A stretch of 64,000 bases of DNA from Myxococcota bacterium. GTDB taxonomy: Bacteria; Myxococcota_A; UBA796; SXON01. How positions within the stretch are numbered: the stretch's first letter is position 1; every line of letters starts with the position of its first letter. Of this stretch, positions 54,363-64,000 are shown one piece after another. The DNA lies in assembly GCA_040386535.1 (NCBI GenBank), contig JAZKFH010000015.1, positions 124,700 to 188,699 on the forward strand, read 5' to 3'. The translations under genes and the position numbers were made by a program. The notes under the pieces are model-generated. The model was not told where the DNA came from. It did no database searches and was given only the letters and a program-made list of their open reading frames with translations.

Positions 54363-56183
54363 ATGTTCTTGGGCCTCCTCTTCGTGGTGCATGCGTTCGC
54401 TGGGGTGCCCGAGGGCGGCGCGGGCGCGCTGGCGACGACCGGAGATCCCCTCGGCGACACGATCGTGGCCGGGGTCGAGGTACACCCCGAGTTCGAACGG
54501 TACGCGTTGCGCCTCCCAGACGGGCGAGTGGCCCTCGCGGAGATGACGACTGGCGCGGGCGGCCTCTGCGACGTCGGCGCGCTCACGATCTTCCCGCGCG
54601 CAGACCTCTCCGGCGTGAACGATACGACCGGGATGGACGCGCTCTGCGAGCGGCTCGCGGCGCGCAAGCCCACGCTCCGCACGCGGCGGGAGGGGCGGAC
54701 CACGGAGGCGGGCGGGGGCTCGCCGGGCCTCGTGGAGGTGCAGAGCCCGATGCGCTGGACCCCGATCCACCTCGCGCTCGGCCTGCTCGCCCTCCTGGCG
54801 CTGCCCCTCCTGCGCCTGGACCGGATGCTCGTCGGCGTGACCGCCGCCTCGCTGCTGGCGCGGCTCTGGGCGGCGCCCCGGGGCGTCACGAACGGCGCGC
54901 TCGCCGGCTACGAGAAGCTGGTGCTGGCGCGCGGGTCGGTGGTCGACCCTCCCTACGGGCAGGGGTGGGGCGCGATCATGGGCCTCGCCCCGGGCTGGCC
55001 CGACAGCGTGTTCCTCGTCGACCTCGGGTTCGCCGTGCTCGCGGCCCCGCTGCTCGCGGCGATCGTGCGCCGCGAGGCGGGGACGTGGGCCGGACTCTCC
55101 GCGGGGCTCCTGTTCGCGCTGCTGCCGACACACATCGGGGTCTCCGCCACCGAGACGATGCACGTCGCGCCCCTCACGTTCGGGCTGCTCTCCGTGCTGG
55201 CCGCCGGGAGCTTCGCGCGCGGCGGCGGGGCGCGTGTCGGCGTCGTCGCCGCGCTCGCGGCGGGCATCGCGGTGAACGTCCGGCCCGACGCGCTGCCCTT
55301 CGTCGTGGTGCCCGTCCTGCTCGCGGCGTCCGGGGTCGTGTCCCGGGGCCCCGCCGACGACCGCACGCTTCTTCAGCGCGTCATGCCCCTCGCCCTCCCG
55401 GCCCTGGCGCTCGCGTGGCTGGTGGGAACGCGCCTCCGGAGCCTCGGCGGCTCCCCGGGCGGCCTGACGGAGCTGCCGGGCCTCGAGGTGCTGCTGCCGC
55501 GCTTCGGCGAGCCCGTGGCAGCCAAGGCCTTCCAGCTGTTCTGGCACACGGGCTTCAGTCCGCCTGTCGCCGCGGGGCTCGCCCTGGTGGGGATCGGCGT
55601 GTTGCTCCGGGGCCGCCGGCTCGCGCTGCTCGGGCTGCTGCTGCTGTGGGTCGTCGTGACCACGATCCCGTTCACCACCAAGGTGTTCCCCCTCGTGGAC
55701 GCCGTGCGGCTCCAGCTCGCGGGCCAGGCGCCGTGGATCGCGCTGGCGGGCATCGGCGTGGCGGCGTTGCCACGCTGGGCGCTCCCCATGGCGCTGCTCA
55801 CGTTTCTTCCGTACCTGCCGGTGCGCCCGTGGGTGCAGACCCAGGAGTGGCAGTTCCTGCGTGAGACCGTGCCGGACATCCCGGCTGACATGCGTGTGCA
55901 ATACGATGGTCGCGCGCAGCGTGCCGAAGCCTTCGCGGCCGTGATGCAGACGATCGGCCCCGCGCGCTGGTCGGATCAGCCGGCGCCGGAGGGGGGCCTC
56001 CGGTACGTGGGGCTCGACTGCAGGGCGGCGGGCGGCTGTGATACATCCGGATGTGTCGAGTGGCGTATCACTCGGCTCGACGGCAGGATCGACCTGGATT
56101 TGACGCTGGAAGGCGACATGATCGGGTTCTGGCGGTGCCCGGGCGAACAAGCGCCGGCCGGCACGATAAGCACCGCCCCGTGA
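54363..56183 (+). CDS. Polytopic membrane protein, possibly GT-C (ArnT/PMT-like) fold
   Basis: Signal peptide, soluble domain and about ten TM helices; GLLFALLPTHI..S.TE, AVNVRPD; family call tentative. Confidence 0.55.
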   Translation: MFLGLLFVVHAFAGVPEGGAGALATTGDPLGDTIVAGVEVHPEFERYALRLPDGRVALAEMTTGAGGLCDVGALTIFPRADLSGVNDTTGMDALCERLAARKPTLRTRREGRTTEAGGGSPGLVEVQSPMRWTPIHLALGLLALLALPLLRLDRMLVGVTAASLLARLWAAPRGVTNGALAGYEKLVLARGSVVDPPYGQGWGAIMGLAPGWPDSVFLVDLGFAVLAAPLLAAIVRREAGTWAGLSAGLLFALLPTHIGVSATETMHVAPLTFGLLSVLAAGSFARGGGARVGVVAALAAGIAVNVRPDALPFVVVPVLLAASGVVSRGPADDRTLLQRVMPLALPALALAWLVGTRLRSLGGSPGGLTELPGLEVLLPRFGEPVAAKAFQLFWHTGFSPPVAAGLALVGIGVLLRGRRLALLGLLLLWVVVTTIPFTTKVFPLVDAVRLQLAGQAPWIALAGIGVAALPRWALPMALLTFLPYLPVRPWVQTQEWQFLRETVPDIPADMRVQYDGRAQRAEAFAAVMQTIGPARWSDQPAPEGGLRYVGLDCRAAGGCDTSGCVEWRITRLDGRIDLDLTLEGDMIGFWRCPGEQAPAGTISTAP

Positions 56184-56591
56184 ACGACCTCCTCACCCTG
56201 GCCGCCACCCGCCCTGCCGTGGCGTGGCTCCTCGGCTACACGCCGTTTCTCGCCGCGATCGCGACGCTGGTGGCCCTTCAGAGCGGCTGGCGGCAGGCCC
56301 TCGTCGTGGCCGCCCTGAACGGGGCGCTCGCCAGCGTCCCCGTGGCGTGTGTGTGGGCGGTGAGCGAGCTGCTCGCGCGGCGCGGCGGCACGCGGGGCTG
56401 GTGGGCGGACCGCCTCGCCGCGGTCGCCGTTGGGCTCGTCGCGCTCTTCGTGCTGGCGCTCGCGGCCATCTGGGCGTTCGACGTGGCCGCCGCCACCGGG
56501 ATGGGCGCGCTGCTCGTCGCGGGGCTGCTCACCGTCGCGAACGTCGTGCCGCTGGCGCTGGGCGTCGGGCTCGAAGCGGCCGCGCTGCGCT

Positions 56592-56617
<26 letters not shown>
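56180..56617 (+). CDS. Hypothetical membrane protein
   Basis: GTGA overlap; four hydrophobic segments. Confidence 0.6.
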
Positions 56618-56966
<349 letters not shown>

Positions 56967-57027
56967 CGGTGGCTCCGCCGCGCTTCTAACGGCCAGCAGG
57001 CTGCCGCGCGTGCCCTTGCCGCTCGGA

Positions 57028-57276
57028 TCAGCCGCGGACGAGCAGGCTGCTCGGATCGTCCGCGTCCCCGACGGCCTCGACGGGGCAGCTCTCCAGCGCC
57101 GAGCGGAACAGCGCCTCCTCATCGGGGCGGTGCTCGCGCACGTAGGCCTTTCGGTTGGTGTCCCGCCCGAAGATCTCGGGTGATACATCCGTGCATGTGT
57201 CACAGCTGATGCAGCGCACGTCGACGAACCAGGGGCCGTCCGCGTTCTGCGCGTGACGACGATTCGGATCAGCCAA
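57028..57276 (-). CDS. Ferredoxin (single Fe-S cluster type)
   Basis: TTG start after GGGAG, overlapping the radical SAM stop; [13 protein letters not shown]...P..F...[10 protein letters not shown]. Confidence 0.85.
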   Translation of the reverse strand: MADPNRRHAQNADGPWFVDVRCISCDTCTDVSPEIFGRDTNRKAYVREHRPDEEALFRSALESCPVEAVGDADDPSSLLVRG

Positions 57277-58375
57277 GTCTCACTCCCTTGATGACGGCGG
57301 CGGAGGCGGCGAGGGGCACGACCGGCGCGCCGGCCTGCGGCGGGACGGTTCCCCCACCTTTTGCGCGCAGGCCGTGGTCGTCCGGCTGTTCGTCGCTGCG
57401 CATGCCGCGGCGGGCCTCGACCCGCGCGACCAGCTCGGGCTCCGGCTCGCGGCGCAGGACCCGGCGCATCACGTCGATCACGCTGCCGGTGAGCGGGAAC
57501 AGCTCGGCGGGATCGTAGTGGTAGCCCATGCTGTACAGGCCGGCGCACACCGGATCGAGCGCACACGCGTCACACGCCGGCGCCTTGCCGTGCAGGAACT
57601 GCTTCTGGAGCACGAACCCCTTCTTGTCGAGGAAGCGGATGCAGCGCTCCTCCTCCTTGACGATCTTGCGGGTCTCCGTGGAGGACTCGGGAAAGTCCGG
57701 CATGTAGCAGAGGGGCACCCGCTCCGCGCGGAACGTGCGGCCGGTGGCGGTGAGGTACTCCATCGCCAGCCGCAGCGACACCTCGAACTCGACCAGCTTC
57801 GGGATCACGTCGGGGTGACGCTCCGCGCGGTTCATGTTCGGGTCCATGTTGTTCCACACGAAGTGGCGCACGTACGGGTGGCGGTCGCACACCCACATCA
57901 CGGTCTCGTGCAGGTGGTCGCTGTTGTAGGCGTTGATCACCGTGTTGATGTCGGCGGTGATGCCGATGCGGCCGATGTTGGTCAGCGCGGCGTCGATCAG
58001 CGCCCAGGACTGCGGGGTCTGCGTGAGGAAGTCGTGCACCTCGGGGCGGCACGAGTGCAGCGAGAGGTGCGCGTGGGTGAGCCCCGCCTCGACCAGCTCC
58101 TCGAGGAACGCGGGATCCGCGATGCGCTGCCCGTTCGTGATCATCCGGATGAAAAGGCCCCGCTCCTTCGCGTAGCGGATCGCGGGGAGCAGCAGCGGGG
58201 CGATGGTGGGCTCCCCGCCGGTGAGGATGACACCGTCGTAGTCGCGGCCCACGAGGTCGTCGATCATGCCGCGGAGCTCGGCCTCTTCGAGCTCGACGCC
58301 GCTCGGCGGGTTCGAGCAGAAGCGGCAGTGCTGCTTGCAGTCACGCGTGAGCTGGAGGTAGCCGAGGTTCGCCAT
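57269..58375 (-). CDS. Radical SAM protein with C-terminal CxxCx5C motif (HxsC-like)
   Basis: [38 protein letters not shown]. Confidence 0.9.
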   Translation of the reverse strand: MANLGYLQLTRDCKQHCRFCSNPPSGVELEEAELRGMIDDLVGRDYDGVILTGGEPTIAPLLLPAIRYAKERGLFIRMITNGQRIADPAFLEELVEAGLTHAHLSLHSCRPEVHDFLTQTPQSWALIDAALTNIGRIGITADINTVINAYNSDHLHETVMWVCDRHPYVRHFVWNNMDPNMNRAERHPDVIPKLVEFEVSLRLAMEYLTATGRTFRAERVPLCYMPDFPESSTETRKIVKEEERCIRFLDKKGFVLQKQFLHGKAPACDACALDPVCAGLYSMGYHYDPAELFPLTGSVIDVMRRVLRREPEPELVARVEARRGMRSDEQPDDHGLRAKGGGTVPPQAGAPVVPLAASAAVIKGVRLG

Positions 58376-60160
58376 TCAGGACCGCCGGCCGGCGTGCAGA
58401 TCGATGAACGGCACCGGCTCGTTGCCCGGGACGGGGACGCGGGGCGACGGGGGGAGGGGAGGCGCCCCGTCGCGCAGGCGCGGTGACACATCGCTGATAC
58501 ATTCGAGCCGGCTCACGACGGCCGAAGCATCCCCTTCGAGGGGGATCAACTGGCGGAAGCCGTGGGCGCGGATCGACTGGATGTGCGCGCCCTCGCAGCT
58601 CTTGTCGGCCGGGCACGCGCGGCACCGGGAGGACTTGACCCGATACGTCTCGCCGATGTGTCGGTCGACGAAGGGCTCGATGGCGCGCCGGCCGTCGTCG
58701 TGGAACAGCCCGGCGTCGAGCAGGCGCAGGGGACGCTCCAGCAGCGCGCCCGGGGCGAGGCACGCGGGGAGGTTCTGCGCGCGGGTGCCGGGCGGGAGCG
58801 ACGCGAAGAACGCGCGCCAGTCGGGATCGAGCGTGGCGGAGAGCTCGGCGGTGGCGCGGGTCGGCGCGTGGAGGATCCACGTGGGCGGGATCGCCGGAAG
58901 CGCCTGGAGGGCCTGACACATCGCGCGATCGAGGTGCACCTCGACCTCGGTGGAGACGCCGGCGAGCGCCTCCTTGAGGAGCGGGAGGTGCTCGGGGAGC
59001 GTCGCCACGACGCGGGAGCCGGGCGGCAGATCCGATACATCGGGCGTGTATCGGTCGGAGCGGAGGTACAGCGGACCGGCGGGATCGGCGGGGATGTCCG
59101 AGACGCCCAGGAGCCGCGCGCCACCAGGAAGATCCGCGGCGGCGGGGGGGGCGTTGCGGGGGGGCTTGCCCCCCTGCCCCACGAGCGTCGAATCCCCGAT
59201 CCACCACACGTCGAACCGGGCGGCGTTGTGATCGGCCACGTGTTTGTCGAGGGCCGAGCAGAACGGCTCGATGAAGCAGTGTGGGCAGCGCTCCTTGTCG
59301 CGACAGTCGATCGCCGTGCCCTCGTCGAGGTAGCGGCGGAACTGGGTGCGGCGCCCGCCCACCTCGTCGAGCATCTTGTGGGGGTCCTGGATCAGCTCCT
59401 CCATGTCCTCGAGGTGGGAGATGGGGAAGCGGTTCGTCCAGATGTGGAATTGGGAGGAGCGGGCGAGGCGGAACACGCGGCGGAGCGCGTCGCGGTGCTC
59501 CTCGGGGTCGTAGAACAGGTCCGCGCGGTTGTCCCAGGCGACGCCCTGCGGGATGACGTGGAGCAGGTCGAATTCCTTGACGCCCACGCGCGCGCACAGC
59601 GCCACGATGGCCTCGAGGTGCTCGACGTTCTGCTTGTTGATGCACACGTCTACGTTCACGACGCAGCGGCCGTCCCGCACGGCGCGCATCATCGCCTTCA
59701 TCAGGTTCTCGAAGCCGTTCTTCGTGCGCGTGAGGCGGTCGTGCAGCGCGGGCGTGTGGCCGTGCAGCGAGAACGTGATCTCGTCGAGCCCGGCCTCCAT
59801 CGCGGTGAGGAAGAAGGCGCGGTCCGCCAGCTTCTGGCCGTTGGTCACGGTCTGGACCCAGCGGTACCCGACCTGCTTGCCGTAGCGGATCGCGTCGTGG
59901 AAACGCGGGTGGATCGAGCCTTCCCCGCCGCTGACCACGAGCCTCGTCGCGTCCTTCTCCTCGCGCCCGCGGCGGATCTCGGTCTGGATGTCCGCGAACG
60001 GCATGAACCGCCCGTCCTGCGCCTCGGCGTCCAGGCAGAACACACACTTGCTGTTGCATGCGGCCGTGAGCCGCACCCAGTGCTTGATCTCGTTGGCGAC
60101 CCGCTCGTGGTCGAACGTGCGGGACGCGTCGTGTAGAGCCGTGCTGGCCTCGATCGGCAT
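58376..60160 (-). CDS. Radical SAM protein with two extra Cys clusters (HxsC-like)
   Basis: CNSKCVFC, VSGGEG, VTNG, FSLHGH; CRDKERCPHCFIEPFC; C-terminal LPACL and CRACPADKSCEG. Confidence 0.9.
   Translation of the reverse strand: MPIEASTALHDASRTFDHERVANEIKHWVRLTAACNSKCVFCLDAEAQDGRFMPFADIQTEIRRGREEKDATRLVVSGGEGSIHPRFHDAIRYGKQVGYRWVQTVTNGQKLADRAFFLTAMEAGLDEITFSLHGHTPALHDRLTRTKNGFENLMKAMMRAVRDGRCVVNVDVCINKQNVEHLEAIVALCARVGVKEFDLLHVIPQGVAWDNRADLFYDPEEHRDALRRVFRLARSSQFHIWTNRFPISHLEDMEELIQDPHKMLDEVGGRRTQFRRYLDEGTAIDCRDKERCPHCFIEPFCSALDKHVADHNAARFDVWWIGDSTLVGQGGKPPRNAPPAAADLPGGARLLGVSDIPADPAGPLYLRSDRYTPDVSDLPPGSRVVATLPEHLPLLKEALAGVSTEVEVHLDRAMCQALQALPAIPPTWILHAPTRATAELSATLDPDWRAFFASLPPGTRAQNLPACLAPGALLERPLRLLDAGLFHDDGRRAIEPFVDRHIGETYRVKSSRCRACPADKSCEGAHIQSIRAHGFRQLIPLEGDASAVVSRLECISDVSPRLRDGAPPLPPSPRVPVPGNEPVPFIDLHAGRRS
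59144..59183 (-). repeat. GC hairpin repeat copy D, inside a radical SAM gene
   Basis: Minus strand CGTGGGGCAGGGGGGCAAGCCCCCCCGCAACGCCCCCCCC; encodes VGQGGKPPRNAPP. Confidence 0.7.
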
Positions 60161-60175
60161 AAGGAGCAAGGTAGC

Positions 60176-61294
60176 ATGCGACCCACCGCTCCCTACACCC
60201 TCCCTGATCCAGGCGTCGTCTGGCTCACACGTGCGCGCTCGCGGTATCTGGCCCGGGCGGCCCGTCTCCTGCTCGAGCCCGGCCCGCTGCCGAGTTGGTT
60301 GGCGTCGGCTTGGGCGGGCGTGCGGGAGCCGCTCGCGGATCTGCTGCGTGCGCGCCCCGCCGATCTCCTCGGCGCCATCGCCCTCCCGCAGATCGGGGCG
60401 CCGTTGTGCGGGGGGCGGCTCGACGAGGCCATCCCGCAGCTGCTGCTCGAGCTCTCCCGGCGGCGCGTGTTGGGCCGCGAGGGGATGTGGTGGCCGAACG
60501 TGGTGCCGCGGCTGCTCTCGGCGCCCAAGGGGGTCGCGCGCACGTTCGATCCGCCGCTGATCGGCGCGTTGTTCTCCGACGGCGAGGTCGAGGTCGCGGC
60601 GGGTGTGCCGTGGGACGAGGGCGGGGAGCGCGCCTTCCTCCCGCTCGCCGGCGGTGGCTGGCTCGCGCTGGCCGACAACAACCCCCTCGCGTTGGAGGAG
60701 GCGCATCCCGACAAGTCGGGCAACGCCCTCTCCCTGGGCGGGAAGACGGCGGAGGCGTGGGTATCGGCGCTGAACGAGGCACGCGCGTTGATCGCGCTGG
60801 CGCTGCCGGACCTGGCGGCCGAGCACGCCCAGGTGCTGGCGGCCGTGGTGCCGGTGGGGTTCGAGCCCGAGCTGAGCCTGTCCGCGAGCTACCGCGAGGC
60901 CATCGGCGTCGTGTACCTGACCCTGCACCCGAAGCCAGGCGTGCTCGCCGAGGCGCTCATCCACGAGGTGCAGCACAACAAGCTGAACCTGCTGCTGTGG
61001 AGCGATCCCCTGCTCCACGACGACGGTGTGCTCGTGGCCTCGCCCGTGCGGCCCGATCCGCGCCCGCTCCTCGGCGTGCTCCTGGCGGTCCACGCCTTCC
61101 TGCCCGTGGCGCAGATGCACCTGGAGCTGCTCGCGAAGGGGCATCCGGCGGGGGATCCCGAGCGGCTGCGCCAGGTGATGCAGGCCAACCGCGAGGGGTT
61201 GGACGCGCTGGCGGTCGCCCGGCCGACAGCGGTGGGAGCGGCGTTGTTGGACGGGATGCGGGCGCTCGAGGCGTGGCAGCGGGCGGCGGTTTAG
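60176..61294 (+). CDS. HExxH-motif putative peptide-modification protein (aKG-HExxH family)
   Basis: SASYREAIGVVYL, LAEALIHEVQHNKLNLL, SPVRPDPRPLLGVLLAVHAF; AAGGAG SD. Confidence 0.87.
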   Translation: MRPTAPYTLPDPGVVWLTRARSRYLARAARLLLEPGPLPSWLASAWAGVREPLADLLRARPADLLGAIALPQIGAPLCGGRLDEAIPQLLLELSRRRVLGREGMWWPNVVPRLLSAPKGVARTFDPPLIGALFSDGEVEVAAGVPWDEGGERAFLPLAGGGWLALADNNPLALEEAHPDKSGNALSLGGKTAEAWVSALNEARALIALALPDLAAEHAQVLAAVVPVGFEPELSLSASYREAIGVVYLTLHPKPGVLAEALIHEVQHNKLNLLLWSDPLLHDDGVLVASPVRPDPRPLLGVLLAVHAFLPVAQMHLELLAKGHPAGDPERLRQVMQANREGLDALAVARPTAVGAALLDGMRALEAWQRAAV

Positions 61295-62853
61295 ACGGCG
61301 GGATCCGCCGGGATCCGTTGGCACGACCCCCATACCGCGCGCGGTCCGGCCGCCTGATACAGTGATACATTCGTCGTGTCGGGCGATGTATCAGTGGGCG
61401 TGTACAGCTCTACGACGCAGGCGGGGAGCAGCGCTTGGAGCCGCGCCGACGCCAACTCGAAGCGCGCCGGTGCGTCGGCGCCGGCCTCGGGGCCCAGCCG
61501 CGGGGCGCGGATGCGGGTGAGGCCGGCGAGCCGCTCGGCCGCCGCGGTGGTCAAGGTGTCGAGCGGCTCGATCGGCCCCCAGACCTCTATGGTGGCGAAG
61601 CCGAGCCGGCGGGCCTCCCGGACGACCGCGGGCAGGCCGGGGTGGCTCCAGGGGGAGGCGCCCGCGAAGACGATGCCGCGCGCGCCGTCGGAGGCCGCGC
61701 GAACGACGCGTTGGCGCAAGGTGCGCTCGGGTTCGGAAGGCCACGCGTCGCCGTACGCCTCGCGGGTGGCGCAGCCGGGGCACGCCAGGACGCAGGGGGC
61801 CTCGACGTGGAGGACGGCGGGATCGGGGCCTGGCCGCGGAAGGTCGGGCACCGGGTCGCCGCCGCGCCATGCGCGCACCCACGGCACGTTGGTCGACGGG
61901 GGGCGGCCCTCGCGGGGCGGGGGCGGGCCTTCGTGGGACGCGGGTGGCAGGTCGGCGGGGGAGGGATCGGCGAGCGTCGCGGGCGCCAAGATCTCGTCCC
62001 AACCGAACCGATCCGCGTAGGTGGCCGCGAGGCCGGGGCACGCGGCGCGGACGGGGCACGCGACGCAGGGGGGGCCGTAGCGATGGGTCACCGCGGGCTC
62101 GTCCATCCCGACGGGGAAGGCGCGCCGGGTGGCCGGGGCGTCGAGCCGGTCGGCCGCGGCCGCACGTTTGGAGCCGAGCACGCAGAGCGGCAGCCCCACG
62201 GTCTCGGCCTCCCGGCGGAGGCTCCACGCCAGGGCCAGGGCGTCCTGGAGAGGGCCGCGCACCAGCGCGAGGCGTGGCACGAGCATCCGCCAGTCGGCCG
62301 CAGCCTGCCCGTCCGCGCGCGCCAGGATCCAGCGCTGGCCGTCCGCGCCGAGCCGCGGCACGAGCGCCGCGAGGGCGCCGATCTCGCCGGTGCCCGAGCG
62401 CGTGAGGACGGTGTTGACCCGCGTGGCGACGCCCGCGGCCACGAGGCGCCGGAGCCCTACGGAGGCCTGTTTGTGGGAGCCGTCGGCCTGGGTGAGCCAG
62501 TCGTGGAGCGCGGGGGTGGAGGCGTGCAGGGCCACCACCGCGTCGGTGAGGCCCGCGGCGCGCAGGCGCTCGGCGGCCCCGGCAGCCGCCAGGATCCTGC
62601 CGTTGGTCTGGAGCCCGACCCGCGCGAAGCCGGCCACGCGCGCGGCCTCGATCAGCGCGGGCAGGTCGGCCCGCAGGGTGATCTCCCCCCCGGCGAGCCA
62701 CACGGCATCGACGCCGGTGGTGCGCTCGCGACGCAGGATCTCCGTCAGCTCGGGGAGCGTGGCATCGGCGATCGTGTCCCGACGGGCGCCCTGGTCGCAG
62801 AAGCGGCAGCGGTTGTTGCAGCGGTAGCCGGTCCGGAGGTCGAGCCAGGGCAT
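61291..62853 (-). CDS. Radical SAM protein with a second, degenerate radical SAM-like domain
   Basis: CNNRCRFC, LAGGEIT, LQTNGR, LPLCV, CVACPVRAACPGL; then CVLACPGC and FAGASP. Confidence 0.87.
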   Translation of the reverse strand: MPWLDLRTGYRCNNRCRFCDQGARRDTIADATLPELTEILRRERTTGVDAVWLAGGEITLRADLPALIEAARVAGFARVGLQTNGRILAAAGAAERLRAAGLTDAVVALHASTPALHDWLTQADGSHKQASVGLRRLVAAGVATRVNTVLTRSGTGEIGALAALVPRLGADGQRWILARADGQAAADWRMLVPRLALVRGPLQDALALAWSLRREAETVGLPLCVLGSKRAAAADRLDAPATRRAFPVGMDEPAVTHRYGPPCVACPVRAACPGLAATYADRFGWDEILAPATLADPSPADLPPASHEGPPPPREGRPPSTNVPWVRAWRGGDPVPDLPRPGPDPAVLHVEAPCVLACPGCATREAYGDAWPSEPERTLRQRVVRAASDGARGIVFAGASPWSHPGLPAVVREARRLGFATIEVWGPIEPLDTLTTAAAERLAGLTRIRAPRLGPEAGADAPARFELASARLQALLPACVVELYTPTDTSPDTTNVSLYQAAGPRAVWGSCQRIPADPAV

Positions 62854-62900
62854 GACCGCCATCCTATCGCGCGATACCAGCCTCTCGCCGTAGGAGCCCC

Positions 62901-63740
62901 ATGTCTCGCCGCCTCGTCGCCCTGGCCCTCCCCGTGTTCGCCCTCGTCGCCATGGCGGCGCGCAAGCCCGACGACCCCAAGCACGAGAACCACTTCAAGG
63001 GGGCCAGCGCGCCCACGAGCGACGTGTTGTCGTTCGCCCTGGTGGCGGCGCACGCCCAGGCCGAGTTCGTGCTCATCGACGCGAAGATCACCAACACCAC
63101 CGGCGACCGGCTCCTCTTGTTCAAGAAGAACGAGGCCTCCCTGGTGCTCCCGCAGGGTGCGATGCCGGTCAAGGCGGGCGGCCTTTTCGGCGGGCCGATG
63201 GTCATCCCCCCGAACGACACGCGCTCGCACACCTTCCGGGTCGAGGCGGACGCGGGCCTGCACGTCGACCGTGTCACGCTCCAGCCCAAGGGCTTCTACG
63301 TCGGCTCCAACACGGGCACGCCGCTCAAGGCGCCCGAGTTCCAGCTCCCGGCGTCGGCCAACGATTTCACGACCGGCCCCTTCACCTGCAAGCTGAACAA
63401 CGTGAAGCAGGAGACCAAGGAGACCGCGGCGGCGTTCGCCTGCACCTACAACGGCGCCGGCGTCGGCATCGTAGAGCCGAAGAAGATCGGCGTGCGCGAG
63501 CCGGGCGGCAAGGAGTTCGCCAACGCGGCGCGCAAGGTGCCGCGCGACGTGCTGCTCCCGGGGGACACGTCCAAGTTCACCGTGATCTTCGAGATCCCCG
63601 CCAGCGTGGTCGACATGCAGTTCGCCACGCTCCAGGTGCTCTGGCGCGACGCGCTCGCGGAGTCGACGCTGGCGCCGGTGGCGCTCGCGGACTGGGCGTT
63701 CGAGCTGGATGCGGCGAAGACGGCCGAGGCGAACAAGTAG
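62901..63740 (+). CDS. Hypothetical exported protein
   Basis: AGGAG SD, signal peptide, strong GC3 bias. Confidence 0.75.
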   Translation: MSRRLVALALPVFALVAMAARKPDDPKHENHFKGASAPTSDVLSFALVAAHAQAEFVLIDAKITNTTGDRLLLFKKNEASLVLPQGAMPVKAGGLFGGPMVIPPNDTRSHTFRVEADAGLHVDRVTLQPKGFYVGSNTGTPLKAPEFQLPASANDFTTGPFTCKLNNVKQETKETAAAFACTYNGAGVGIVEPKKIGVREPGGKEFANAARKVPRDVLLPGDTSKFTVIFEIPASVVDMQFATLQVLWRDALAESTLAPVALADWAFELDAAKTAEANK

Positions 63741-63765
63741 CCAGGAACTGATTCCGGAAGGAAGA

Positions 63766-64000
63766 AATCAGGAAGGCAGGAATAGAGGAAGGCAGGAGGG
63801 GAGCGCCTTCGGATTCTCTCTTTTCCTACTTCCTGCCTTCCTTGTTTCCTGCCTTCCTGATTCTCCGGGCTCCGGTCTTCGGAACAGAGCAAGCAGGAAA
63901 GCAGGAATAAAGGAAAGCAGGAAGGGGAGGAGGACTCCGGGTCTTCGCCTTCGGATTCTCTCTTTTCCTACTTCCTGCCTTCCTTGTTTCCTGCCTTCCT
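63766..64000. repeat. Tandem array of long purine/pyrimidine hairpin repeats (runs off the window)
   Basis: Inverted arms 63766-63797 and 63831-63862 (29/32 complementary); perfect 55-bp direct repeat at 63804-63858 and 63946-64000. Confidence 0.85.

Noticed and set aside
51962..56150. ORFs of 885-1300 aa overlapping the Ig-repeat and membrane genes
   Set aside because: Antisense or off-frame shadows expected at this GC content; only the part of the 885-aa ORF from 54363 looks real.
56967..62900. Short ORFs as RiPP precursor candidates
   Set aside because: All short ORFs here overlap real genes and have shadow-frame composition; the intergenic gaps are too small.
63766..64000. CRISPR array
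   Set aside because: The repeat is 55 bp, and the intervening DNA is the complementary arm rather than a unique spacer; no cas genes in the window.

Overview
A very GC-rich, gene-dense bacterial chromosome segment. A MYXO-CTERM sorting signal, MopE-type repeats and Asp-Thr repeat lipoproteins point to Myxococcota or a relative (inference). 0.4-13.7 kb is a denitrification/NO island: nirK fused to cytochrome c, an FGE-family gene, SCO, norCBQD with a di-haem NorC, nnrS, YwiC-like, hemerythrin, DUF1858/DUF2249 and DUF59 genes. Each of its four transcription units has a sigma-54-type -24/-12 motif. The middle holds lipid, envelope and housekeeping genes: PlsB-like, MoxR-DUF58-transglutaminase, acyl-adenylate ligase plus LpxL-like, prfC, two Thr-type sulfatase-like genes plus YfhO, xseA, queD, a folE2-HTH fusion and galE. 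57-63 kb holds three radical SAM enzymes, an HExxH protein and a ferredoxin, which look like an uncharacterised peptide/protein-modification cluster with no visible precursor. At DNA level there are three notable features. (i) A ~30-bp hairpin repeat has four copies, three inside genes, always sense and in the frame encoding P-R-N-A-P-P. (ii) A 192-bp MITE with 22-bp perfect TIRs and an AAC duplication sits in frame inside one of those repeats in yfhO. (iii) A purine/pyrimidine-skewed hairpin array runs off the right end. I saw no rRNA, tRNA or CRISPR array. All product calls come from reading motifs by eye; no database search was run.
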